Below, piece by piece: positions 17,834 to 27,400 of a stretch of DNA of 40,512 bases; within the stretch, counting starts at the first letter, position 1; the number at the start of each line of letters is the position of its first letter. The translations under genes and the position numbers were made by a program. The notes under the pieces are model-generated. The model did not search any database. It saw only the letters and a list, made by a program, of their open reading frames with translations, and had not been told where the DNA came from. Origin of the DNA: Deltaproteobacteria bacterium HGW-Deltaproteobacteria-17 (GTDB lineage Bacteria; Myxococcota_A; Polyangia; HGW-17); the NCBI GenBank assembly GCA_002841905.1, contig PHBF01000001.1:1-40512 (forward strand), read 5' to 3'.

Positions 17834-19375
17834 CTACAATGACAGAAGGGACATCGACTTGTCCATGCTTTTTTTCAACTTCTCGATGTCCGAGGAGAGC
17901 AGGATCCGCAAGGGCACCGGAAACGAAGCCAGCTGGATGAGGATTTCCTGGTGAACCCGGCGCGCGGAGGCCGCGGTGTCGCCGAAAAACTGGTCGGTTG
18001 GCTGCATGCGGAGGTTCTCCTCGAGCGTGCGGAAGCGACGTCGGAGGATTTCCGCGGCCGGAAGCGACGCGGGCAGGGCCGGCTCGCACAACTGGAAGAG
18101 GCGGCACGCGTAGGCGAGCGTCCAGGACTCGGCCACCGAGAGTCCGGAACGGATGCACGCCTCGGCCCAGGGCGTGCCACCGGCGAGCAGACGCAGCGCG
18201 CGGACCCACAGGGGGTCGAAGTCGGCGTCGTCAAAGAGGGGGACCCACTGCACGGACGTGCCCGACGGCGGCGTGCAATCGCACAGCGCGCAGGCCAGAT
18301 CCGCCCCGAAGTGTTCCACCACACCACAGAACAAAAGCGGTTTCGGGTCCAGCAGCGGCAGGTGACGCCGGAACTCCATCCCGTCGGCCGGAAGCGGGGA
18401 CCGGGTGGCGGTGATCGCGAGGCGGATCGCTTCGCGCCGGCAGCGCAGGAGCCATTTGGTCTCCTCCTCGGGGGAGATCAGTTGCCGCCGCACCGCCCAC
18501 TCGATGGGGTCCGACAGCGTGCGCGTCAGATCTCCGGCCAACGCCGAGCCTGCACCGGAGAGCTGCAACAGGTGCTGCAGGATCGGCGCGTAGCCTTCCA
18601 GATCGCCCACGCGGCCGTTCTCCCAGGACATGCGCACCGTGAACTGCGGCAAAGAGATCTCCAGCGCGCCGGAGAACCCCGCGGTGTGCAGCCGCAGCAG
18701 GTGCTGCGCCATGTTGCCCTCGAAGGGCGTGCCGGGTGTGGACGGAACCGGGCCCCGCGGCTCGTCGGGCTGCGGCAGGATCGCGTCCACAGGCGCCACG
18801 ACGGTGTTGCGCCGCAGGATGCCTGGTGCCGTGACCTGTTCGGCGTGGACCGAAGTCCCGGCAGACTGAATCCGGCGCTCGGAGGTGCCCAGGGAGAACA
18901 TGTCGTCGGGCAGCGGCAGCTCACCGAAGGGCTCCGGCAGCGGTTCGAGGGTGTTCTGCGCCGGATGATCCTCGAGATCCTCGATCACCTCGTGGGGTTC
19001 GGTGAAGGCCGGCTCCCGTGGCACCGGGATGCCTCCGAGGGTGAACAGTTCGTCACCCAGCGCCGGCAGCTCGGAGGAACTCCCGTCGTCGACGGGCCGC
19101 ATGCCCAGGCCATCGAGCCGACGGCGCAGGTCGTCCTTCAGCGCGGACCACTGGGCGGGAAGGGAGTAGATCGCGGCGTCCCTCCATCCCCCGGACACCT
19201 TCAGGACCATGGATGTGGTCGACGCCGGTTGATTGGCATCCAGCTCCAGAGTCAGATCGGCGGGCTCCCCCGATGTCTTCCCGATGGATAACTGGACCTG
19301 CCCAAACTCGGCGCGCAAAGTTTCCTCGATGGAAAAAGACAGTTCCTGTCGATCCGGGATCTGAATTCGCGGCAT
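17834..19375 (-). CDS. Hypothetical 513-aa protein (possible DUF4388-like central module); sits where def is usually found
   Basis: Long ORF with high GC3. GAGG lies 8 nt upstream of the ATG at 19375. Acidic/Pro-rich linker. The central segment HLLRLHTAGFSGALEISLPQFTVRMSWENGRVGDLEG resembles the DUF4388 pattern (weak, from memory). Lies 50 nt upstream of fmt. Confidence 0.7.
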   Translation of the reverse strand: MPRIQIPDRQELSFSIEETLRAEFGQVQLSIGKTSGEPADLTLELDANQPASTTSMVLKVSGGWRDAAIYSLPAQWSALKDDLRRRLDGLGMRPVDDGSSSELPALGDELFTLGGIPVPREPAFTEPHEVIEDLEDHPAQNTLEPLPEPFGELPLPDDMFSLGTSERRIQSAGTSVHAEQVTAPGILRRNTVVAPVDAILPQPDEPRGPVPSTPGTPFEGNMAQHLLRLHTAGFSGALEISLPQFTVRMSWENGRVGDLEGYAPILQHLLQLSGAGSALAGDLTRTLSDPIEWAVRRQLISPEEETKWLLRCRREAIRLAITATRSPLPADGMEFRRHLPLLDPKPLLFCGVVEHFGADLACALCDCTPPSGTSVQWVPLFDDADFDPLWVRALRLLAGGTPWAEACIRSGLSVAESWTLAYACRLFQLCEPALPASLPAAEILRRRFRTLEENLRMQPTDQFFGDTAASARRVHQEILIQLASFPVPLRILLSSDIEKLKKSMDKSMSLLSL

Positions 19376-19723
19376 GTGGAAAACCTCGATTCCAAGCCGT
19401 TTTAGCAGGTTCGCGAGGTTTCATCAACCAGATCATTGAGGACCGGAAAAAAGTGAAAAATAGGTTGACAGGGATCGCTTTTCACGGTACCAAAATAGAG
19501 TGTGATGAAGATTCGACGGTTCGGGGAATTGGAGTCACGCACTTTTTGCGAACATTTATTTCGCTTTTGACATCTCAATGATTCAGGGTTCCGTAGACAG
19601 CGTCAGGCTGTCATCGGGAAAGGAGCGTGGAACATGAGGAACTGATCCCGTTTTTCATTGTTCACACTTTTTTTGATTGTAGTTTTCTCAATTTTTAAAC
19701 ATAATTATTTTCAGGAGGACGCC

Positions 19724-21484
19724 ATGAGACACCATCTACCCCTTTTATATTCCCTGCTGCTCCTGCTGGTCCTGACCAGCGCCTGTGATTCATCCGTCGA
19801 ACCCAGAAAGACCGTCCTGCCCGAGCCGTTTCCCATGACGGCCCAGGAACCCATGCGCGACGTGGATCTGGTCTTCGTGATTGACACCTCCCTGTCGATG
19901 ATGGAAGAACAGGTGATCCTGAGACAGAATTTTCCGCAGTTGATGGACCAGCTCAAGAACATCACCGGCGGCCTGCCGAACCTGCACCTGGGTGTGATCA
20001 CGCCGGACCTGGGCGCGGCTCCGTATGAACTTCCGGGCTGCACGGGTTCAGGACAGGAGGGGCTCTTCCAGAAGGGTGAGAACAACAGTTGCATGAACCC
20101 CTCCCAGCATCACTATGTGATCGACGTGGAGCCCCGCGGCTGCACCATCGACAAGGTCCACATCGGGGACCAGATCTCCTGTCCGTACAATGATTGCACC
20201 CAGCTCCATTGTGATCGTGACGCCTTCTCCGACGGTCAGGGTGGTTTCCTCGAGCCCGACGGTCTGACCCTCACGATGGATGACAACGGCTGTCCCCGTT
20301 GCCGCAACTTCACGGACGAGACCCTCGAGGAGGTGTTCTCGTGCGTGGCCGACGTCGGCTCCAACGGTTGCGGTTTCGAACAGCCGCTTGAGGCCCTCCA
20401 CCGCGCCCTGACGTCGACCTCCCCGTACAACCAGGGCTTCCTGCGCGAGGACGCCTATCTGGCCGTGGTGTTCATCACGGACGAAGATGACTGCTCCGTC
20501 GAGGACACCGAGCTGTTCAACCCCGAAGGCGACATCGCCTCTCCGTTGGGGGTGATGAACTCCTTCCGTTGCACGGAGTTCGGCGTCGTCTGCGATGCTG
20601 AGTGGGACCGCAACCTGCCCAACGGGTTCGCCACCTACACGAACTGCGTGGCCCGCCCCGACGGGGATCCCAAGCGCATGCTGCAACCGCTGGACCGCTA
20701 CACCGGCCTGCTTGCCACGATCAAGAATCCAAGCAAGATCATCGCCACCGCCGTGGCGGGCCTCACCGACGGCACCGTGATCCTGAGCCAGGATCCCTAC
20801 CAGAACCCCGAGATCCAGAACGTCTGCAGCAACGAAGGCCAGTTCGGTGGACCGGCGGTGCGGCTCCTGGAGTTCATCGACTCCTTCTATGATGCCACGC
20901 CGGAGTGGGCCAAGACCTCCATCTGTGAATCCGATTTCTCTCCGGCCCTGGTCGGCCTGGGACGTCGTCTGGCCTCCGTGGTGGGGACCCAATGCCTGAG
21001 CACGGTCGCGGCCGGCTGCATGGATCCCGCCGCCGCCTTCGGTGGCGAGCCCCTCACCGAGCTCCCGCAGGACGTGGCCGGGGTCTGTTCGCCCGTCTGT
21101 TCGGTGGAACAGCATGACCCGGAAGATCAGACATCGACGATCCCGGCCTGCGATCCCGGTTATCAGGGCGGTCATCCCGCGACCGTGGACGCCGGCCTGC
21201 CCGTGGAGGCCTGCTGGCATGTGATGTTCAACGCCAATTGCTCCATGCCCTGCCCGGAAGGCTCCCTCGAGCAGGGCTGCGATCCGGTATCCAATCCCTG
21301 GAACTACCCCTCCCGCGGCGCCGAGCTGGTGGTCTCCCGTCGCGCGCCTCCAAGTGAAGGCCTCCGCATCCAGGCCACCTGTTCGAGCTATGAACTGACG
21401 GAAACCGTGTGTGACGACGGCCTTGACAACGACGCCGACGGGCGCCTCGATGCCTCAGACCCCGACTGCCAGAGCCAGAAATAA
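19724..21484 (+). CDS. Cys-rich vWA-domain lipoprotein with C-terminal Asp-rich Cys-flanked (thrombospondin type 3 / MopE-like) motif
   Basis: The ORF track starts at 19658, but AGGAGG at 19713-19718 precedes the ATG at 19724. Lipobox LVLTSA-C. MIDAS motif DLVFVIDTSLSMMEEQ. C-terminus CDDGLDNDADGRLDASDPDC. Confidence 0.8.
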   Translation: MRHHLPLLYSLLLLLVLTSACDSSVEPRKTVLPEPFPMTAQEPMRDVDLVFVIDTSLSMMEEQVILRQNFPQLMDQLKNITGGLPNLHLGVITPDLGAAPYELPGCTGSGQEGLFQKGENNSCMNPSQHHYVIDVEPRGCTIDKVHIGDQISCPYNDCTQLHCDRDAFSDGQGGFLEPDGLTLTMDDNGCPRCRNFTDETLEEVFSCVADVGSNGCGFEQPLEALHRALTSTSPYNQGFLREDAYLAVVFITDEDDCSVEDTELFNPEGDIASPLGVMNSFRCTEFGVVCDAEWDRNLPNGFATYTNCVARPDGDPKRMLQPLDRYTGLLATIKNPSKIIATAVAGLTDGTVILSQDPYQNPEIQNVCSNEGQFGGPAVRLLEFIDSFYDATPEWAKTSICESDFSPALVGLGRRLASVVGTQCLSTVAAGCMDPAAAFGGEPLTELPQDVAGVCSPVCSVEQHDPEDQTSTIPACDPGYQGGHPATVDAGLPVEACWHVMFNANCSMPCPEGSLEQGCDPVSNPWNYPSRGAELVVSRRAPPSEGLRIQATCSSYELTETVCDDGLDNDADGRLDASDPDCQSQK

Positions 21485-21535
21485 TCTGTAAAAATTTTCT
21501 ATATTAAAAATTCTGAATCAAACGGTGGGGTTCTT

Positions 21536-23209
21536 TCAGGAGAGAATCCGCTGGAAGGTGATCTCCCCCTGGCCTTTGAGCTGGTCGAGCTCCGAACGCG
21601 AGAGCTCCCGGCCGGAGACCTGGAACTCCAGCGGCTGGAAATAGCGCGACTGCGGCACGTAGCGCACCGGCAGCTCTTCTCCGAGGATCAGGCGCTGGAG
21701 CCGCGTGCCCTTGGTCACCGTGATGCGATCGGTGACCACGAGGCCTTCCGGGGAGAGCTTCAGGTGTCGATGCAACTGCACCGGCACGGTGGTGTTTCGC
21801 AGCATCAGCACCTTGCGGATCAAACCCTTCAGATGATACGCAGATTTTTGATGCCAACCCAACGCGAGCATGCCCGCGCGGAAGACGGTCATCTTCAGGG
21901 GATCAAACGTCTGGGTGTGAAGCTCCAGACCCCGGGCATGGACGTTGGCCTCCACTCCATGGGCCTCGAAGCTCCGCTCCGGATCGCACCAGGCGGTGGT
22001 GAACACGGTGCCGTCGGGCATGATACCGGACATGGAGGCATCCGAAGCCAGCGGGATTCCCCCGACCTCCCCGTTTTCGTGGAGCCGGAAGCACTTGAAC
22101 ACGCCGCCGCGCGCGAGATTGGCGATGGCGTAATAATTACCCCGCCGGCCACCCCAGATCCCGGCCTCCGGGAACAAAAATTGTTGATTATTGTTCTCCT
22201 GCCAAGGAAGAGCCGGCAGAACTTCGGGTCGCGGCGCAGCGTCCCGGGCAGAAAAAAGAAATTCTGGAATGCGATATACAAAATATCGATCGCTCTGCAG
22301 GTGCGGCGTCACGCTCTTGCCTGACGCATAGGATTTCAGCATGAAATCCGCCTGGGCCAGGGCCATGGGATTGTCATGCCCCAACACTTCATAGCCATGG
22401 CTATAAAAATGAAAGGTCTCCCGGCTACCCAGGGTTCCGCCATAATGCCCATCCGGATACACGAAATATTTCGTGAAATCGATGGCCTTTTTGGCCACAT
22501 CGAGCAGGACCGGATCCGGTCGGGCCTGGTTCAGCCGTGCCAGGAACGTCACCGTGGCGCTGAGGTATCCCGGGTCCACGCCGTCATACTCGAGACACCA
22601 CCCCTCATCATAGCACACATCCAAGAAAACCTTTTTGCGCTCCTCGTACAAGGGCTCGAGGTGATGCGCCTTGAACAACTCCATGGTCTCGGCGATCGGA
22701 AGCAGCGCCATGGCGTGGTGGTTGGCCAACACGCCGACCTCGTCGTTGGAGGCGAGAAACTTCGCAGCCCGCAGCATGGTGGTGCTGATGCGCTCCTTCT
22801 CCTGCACATCCAGCAACGGGGCGATCGCCTTCCATCCTGCTACCATGGCGTGCAGCAGAAATCCCGTGGGGCCCGCCCAGCCACGTTCGTTGGGATAGAA
22901 TTCATCGAAGGACCCATCCTTGTGCTGGATCGAGGACAGATAGGACATCCCGGCAGCCAGCCACGCTGCCATTTTTGGCTGATGATAATAAATATTGTTT
23001 TCAAATGGCTCAGCATAGGCCAACGCCATCGGGAGGATCCCGTACTGGGCGATGGCCGAAGGGAAGTCCGTGGCGCGCGCCAGCCAATATTCGCGGTTGG
23101 CACACCCGTAGGTGGGTGACAGCGGGTTGCGATCCATCATGGACAGGCAGCGCCCGACCGAGTTCAGGCCGATGGCCGCGTACTGGTTGGCAACGGAAGG
23201 TTCTTTCAT
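21536..23209 (-). CDS. Hypothetical 557-aa protein (no family recognised; possibly helical-toroid N-half plus beta-rich C-half)
   Basis: Long ORF with host-like codon bias. Its ATG overlaps the rimI stop (ATGA at 23206-23209). I recognise no signal peptide or catalytic motif with confidence. Confidence 0.7.
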   Translation of the reverse strand: MKEPSVANQYAAIGLNSVGRCLSMMDRNPLSPTYGCANREYWLARATDFPSAIAQYGILPMALAYAEPFENNIYYHQPKMAAWLAAGMSYLSSIQHKDGSFDEFYPNERGWAGPTGFLLHAMVAGWKAIAPLLDVQEKERISTTMLRAAKFLASNDEVGVLANHHAMALLPIAETMELFKAHHLEPLYEERKKVFLDVCYDEGWCLEYDGVDPGYLSATVTFLARLNQARPDPVLLDVAKKAIDFTKYFVYPDGHYGGTLGSRETFHFYSHGYEVLGHDNPMALAQADFMLKSYASGKSVTPHLQSDRYFVYRIPEFLFSARDAAPRPEVLPALPWQENNNQQFLFPEAGIWGGRRGNYYAIANLARGGVFKCFRLHENGEVGGIPLASDASMSGIMPDGTVFTTAWCDPERSFEAHGVEANVHARGLELHTQTFDPLKMTVFRAGMLALGWHQKSAYHLKGLIRKVLMLRNTTVPVQLHRHLKLSPEGLVVTDRITVTKGTRLQRLILGEELPVRYVPQSRYFQPLEFQVSGRELSRSELDQLKGQGEITFQRILS

Positions 23210-23673
23210 GATACTTTCTTTCCTTGAAAATAGTATGAATAGAGGAAGGCGTCCTCCATGGTGTCCGTGTAATATTTTTTACGCCGACCGACCCGGTCGA
23301 AGCCCATGGATTCATAGAGTTTCTGGCCTGCGATGTTGTGCTCACGCACTTCCAGATCGATCTTTTCACATGCCATGTCCGGCCCCATCTCCAGGAGCAC
23401 CCCGAGAAGCCATGAGGCCAGACCCTGCCGCCGGTGATCCGGGTGGACCCCCAGCGAGAGGATGTGGATCTCGGGAAAGACCACCCAGTAGAGCAACACG
23501 GCCACCACCTGCTCTCCCTGACGCACCCCGAGGAAAAATGAATAGGGCTTCGTGAACTCCGCAGCGAAGGCCTCCTCGTTCCACGGATGGGCGAAGGAAA
23601 GCCGCTCCACCACCATGATCTGCGGCAGGTCATCCGGATGCAGGGTGTCAATGGTATATCCGTTGGGCAGCAT
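23206..23673 (-). CDS. rimI: Ribosomal-protein-alanine N-acetyltransferase (GNAT, RimI type)
   Basis: 155 aa. ERLSFAHPWNEEAF, ILSLGVHPDHRRQGLASWLL (acetyl-CoA Q/RxxGxA motif), LEVREHNIAGQKLYESMGF and the RRKKYY tail are typical of RimI. Confidence 0.85.
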   Translation of the reverse strand: MLPNGYTIDTLHPDDLPQIMVVERLSFAHPWNEEAFAAEFTKPYSFFLGVRQGEQVVAVLLYWVVFPEIHILSLGVHPDHRRQGLASWLLGVLLEMGPDMACEKIDLEVREHNIAGQKLYESMGFDRVGRRKKYYTDTMEDAFLYSYYFQGKKVS

Positions 23674-23685
23674 GCGGCTTTGTCT

Positions 23686-24315
23686 TCAGGAAACCGTGGG
23701 CGCCGTGGCGACGGCGCTCTTGATCCTGCGCCATACATCCTCGCTCCCAATCCCTTTGAGTGTGGAATAGAAAATGCACTTGGGAACGTCCGGACCAAAG
23801 GCCGCCCGCACCTGGGCCTCGACCTGGCCCCATTGCGTCTTGGGGACCTTGTCGATCTTGGTCACGATCACCTGCACCCGCACCCCACGTCCTGTCATCC
23901 AGGCCGCGAACTGCGTCTCGATGTCGGTGATCTCCCGTCGCGCATCCACCAGGAGCAGCATCGCGCACAGGGTCCTCCGATTCTCCAGGTACCGGCTGAC
24001 GAAATCACCCCAGTCCTCCTTGAGCGACATCGGCACGCTGGCGTAGCCGTAGCCGGGGAGATCCACGAGATAGAGGGGCGGAAGGTCCTTCGATTCCAAA
24101 AGGAAATAATTAATTTCCCGGGTGCGTCCGGGCGTTCGGGACACGCGCACCAAAGAGCGCTGGTTCACCAGGTGACGAAGCAGCGAACTCTTGCCCACGT
24201 TGGAGCGGCCGGCGATGGCGATCTCGGGATAGCCGGTGGAAGGTAATTGTCCATCACTACGAGCGCCAACCAAAAATTTAACATTCTGTATATGCGGAAA
24301 GGGATCCTGTGGCAT
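23686..24315 (-). CDS. engB: Ribosome-biogenesis GTPase EngB (YihA/YsxC)
   Basis: 209 aa. G1 GRSNVGKSSLL, G3 LVDLPGYGY and G4 TKIDK, with an EngB-like overall layout. Confidence 0.9.
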   Translation of the reverse strand: MPQDPFPHIQNVKFLVGARSDGQLPSTGYPEIAIAGRSNVGKSSLLRHLVNQRSLVRVSRTPGRTREINYFLLESKDLPPLYLVDLPGYGYASVPMSLKEDWGDFVSRYLENRRTLCAMLLLVDARREITDIETQFAAWMTGRGVRVQVIVTKIDKVPKTQWGQVEAQVRAAFGPDVPKCIFYSTLKGIGSEDVWRRIKSAVATAPTVS

Positions 24316-24471
24316 CTAGTCTTTTCCCGTGGACGTCCGACCGGGCACTCGGGGCGCGGAAAAAGATCGGAGAAGAGGCAGTTTCATGAGCAGGGAGGGC
24401 GTTTGATATAAATTATTCAAGGAGAGTCCTCTTGGGCGGCCCGAAGGCGAGGGGAGAAATCTGCGGAAGGC

Positions 24472-27400
24472 CTAGACCGTCTCGAGCAGCGCCTTGAGCT
24501 CGGCGTGGTTCGGATCCTCGGCCAGACCACGCTGGATCGAGGACTTCGCCTTGGCGGCGTTGCCGGTCTTGATCTCGATCTTGGCGATCTCCAGGAAAAT
24601 CTGAGCCTTGGTGATCTCTCCTTCGATCCGCTGGAACAGCAGCGCGCGGAACATCCGCTGGGCCTGGTCATAGTTCTCCTGCCGGGCATAAAGGCCGGCC
24701 ATGGAGATGAGGTTCGGCACGTAGGTCGTATCGGCCTTCTGCGACTGGATGTAGAGCTCCAGCGCAGCGTCGAGGTCGCCCTGGCTTTCCTTGATGCCGC
24801 CGAGCCGCTGGTACAGGGGGGCCAGGTCCTTGCGGGGCGCCTTGGCGGCCGCCAGTTCATCGAGGAGCTTCTGGTAGACCTCGGCGGCCTTGGGGTAGTT
24901 CGCGGCGGCGAAGTAGGCGTCACCGAGCCGTTGCTTGATCTCCATGTTGGTCGGATCCAGCGTCAGGGCTTCTTCCAGCGCCGGGAAAGCGGCTTCGGAG
25001 GCGCCCAGTTCAATATACAGATCCGCGAGCTGGCGCAGCAGCGCCAGACGCGGGGTCTTCTCGGTGATCAGGGGCAGCCGCTTCTGCATCAGCCGAAGAA
25101 TGGCCTCCTTGTCCCCGGCGGCCCGGGCGCGCTCGGAGAGCACCTCGAAGGTCTCCTGGTGGGCCGGATAGAGGCGGATCGCCTCCTCCCAGCAAGACAG
25201 GGCCTTTTCACCGTCGCCCAGCTTCTCGGCGACCTTGCCGCGCCGGAAGGCCAGCTCCGCGCCGTCCTGGCCCTGAGGCTCCAGGAGGGCTGCCTTTTCG
25301 AGATATTGCTGGCAATGCTCCCAATCCTGCATGTTCTCGAAGAGGCGCGCGAGCCCCGTCAGGGCCGTGACCGATGCCGGATCGTTCTCGAGGATCCGCT
25401 CCAGGATCCTGCGCGCCTCGGTCGGGCTCTCGAGCTTCTCTTCCCAGAGACGGGCCAACTGGTCCAAAGCCTGGAGTTCCAGGCGGCGATCGCCACGGGC
25501 GGCGAAGAAGTCGGCGCGCTTCTGCAGGACATCGGCCAGCTCGTAGTACCGCTCACCTTCAATCAGTACCTTGGAGAGCTTCTCGAAGATCTCGCCGTAC
25601 TGCGGGTCGACTTCCAGGATCTGCATCCAGTAGCCGACCGCGTCGTCGATCTCCTTGAGCTGGTTCATGGACAGGTTGGCCAGATCCTCCAGCACGGACA
25701 GCCGCTCGGAATCCACCGAAGCCTGGCCCAGTCGTGTGAAGAACAGATCCTTGACGGCGTCCCAGTCGGCTTTTTCTTTATATATAGCCATCAATGCCAG
25801 ATAGGCCGGCTCGAAGGAGGGATCACTGTCATAGGCCTCACGCCATTGCTCCTCGGCCAGCTCCTTCTGGTTCAACTTCTCGTCGTAGGTCTGGGCGATC
25901 CGCTGACGAAGCCTCTGCTGATCGTGAGGCGCAGGCATATAATTAATCTTGGTTTTCATCACTTCGATCAGTTCGTTCCATTTTTCCATCCGCTCAAACA
26001 GGCGGATCAACTGATCCTGGGCGACCAGATCGCTCTCATCGGACTCCAGAAGGTTCTTCCAGGCGCTCTCGGCCAGGGCCAGATCATTGAGCTGGGTCTC
26101 GGCCAGGTTGGCGACTTCACTGCAGATGGACTTCTTGGTGTTGGGATCGTATTCCTGCTCGGCCCGCTTCTGGAGGATCGCCACCAGTTTCTGGGTGTCG
26201 TCTCCCACGCGGTACAGGTTTTCGAGGGCCCTAATGGCGTCCATGTTCTCCCCTTCGCGGGAAAGCACGGCGAGGTAGAGTTTTTCTCCGGAGACCACGT
26301 CGCCGACGGAGAGGGCCAGCGGGGCCACGCGCAGCGCCATGGCGATGGCGGCCATCTCATCGATCTCCCGGCCGAGGATGTCCAGCACCGTGGTCAGCAC
26401 GGTCGGAATCCGATCCGCGTTCTGGGCCAGCTCAATGAACGACTCCAGCAGCATGACGTTGTCCGGCGCGAGGGCCACGCCTTGCGCGAGCAGGGTGATG
26501 GCTTTATCCAGATATCCCATGACCTTGCACAACTGGGCCGCGCGCTCCAGGAGACCGGCCCGATCGCCGGCGTCTTCGGTCAGCGTGACGCGCACCTCAA
26601 GCACCATCACCAATTTATCGTTTGCCCCCATCCTTTCGTAGGCGGGCTCCAACACTTCGAGGGCCAGCGCCACCAGGGGACCACCGGAACCCAGCAGGGC
26701 CTCGAGCTCACGGAAGATCTCCGGATGGTCATCCTGGAAGTTCAAGGCTTCCTGCCATACTTCAATCGCGTCTTCGCCCTTGTTGAACTGGTGCAGGTTG
26801 AGATGTCCCAGACGATACAGGAACTGTGCCTTGGTCGCGCCGTCGGTGGCGTCGGCCTGGGCGCGGAGCACCTCCTGCAGGTCCTCATGCTTCTGGGTCG
26901 CCGTCAGCAGGCGATCGAGCTGGGCCAGGATCTCCAGATCCGAAGGAACCGCATCGAGGCCCTTCTTCAGGGTATCGATCGCGGCCTCCGTGTTCTCGAG
27001 GCTCACTTCATACAATTGCGTGACGGTCAGGATCAACCGCTTGCGCAGGGTCGGCTCGTACACGTCGTTGCCGGCCTCGTCGAGCAGATCCACCAGCCGT
27101 TGCCACTTGCCGCTGGCGGCCGTGATGCGCATCAACTGGCCCTCCACCTCGGTGTCGGCCGGGTTCTCCCTGAACAACCTTCCCCAGTATTCAAAGGCAT
27201 GATCCAGATCGTTGCCCTGTTCATAAATCATTGCAATTGTACGCAACAATTTTTCCTTGACCGCGGGCTCCACCGCCACCTCCAGCAGCAGTTCATTCAA
27301 ATGAATGAGCTTGCCGGACTGTGACTGTTCCAGATACAGGGGCTCCAGGATCGTGGCGGCCTGCGGACGGAAGTCCTCCCCTTCGAGCAGCTCCTCGAGG

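Noticed and set aside
19376-19723. Possible small RNA or tRNA in the 348-nt divergent spacer
   Set aside because: No cloverleaf-compatible stems and no conserved tRNA T-loop (GTTCRANYC) context were found. Only a 6-bp hairpin and promoter-like hexamers are present. I treat it as a divergent promoter region.
24316-24471. Intrinsic terminator after the giant TPR gene or promoter for engB
   Set aside because: Only 3-4-bp GC stems are present (e.g. GCC-ttcg-GGC on the minus strand), with no following U-run, and there is no -35/-10 pair with proper spacing. The evidence is too weak to call either feature.
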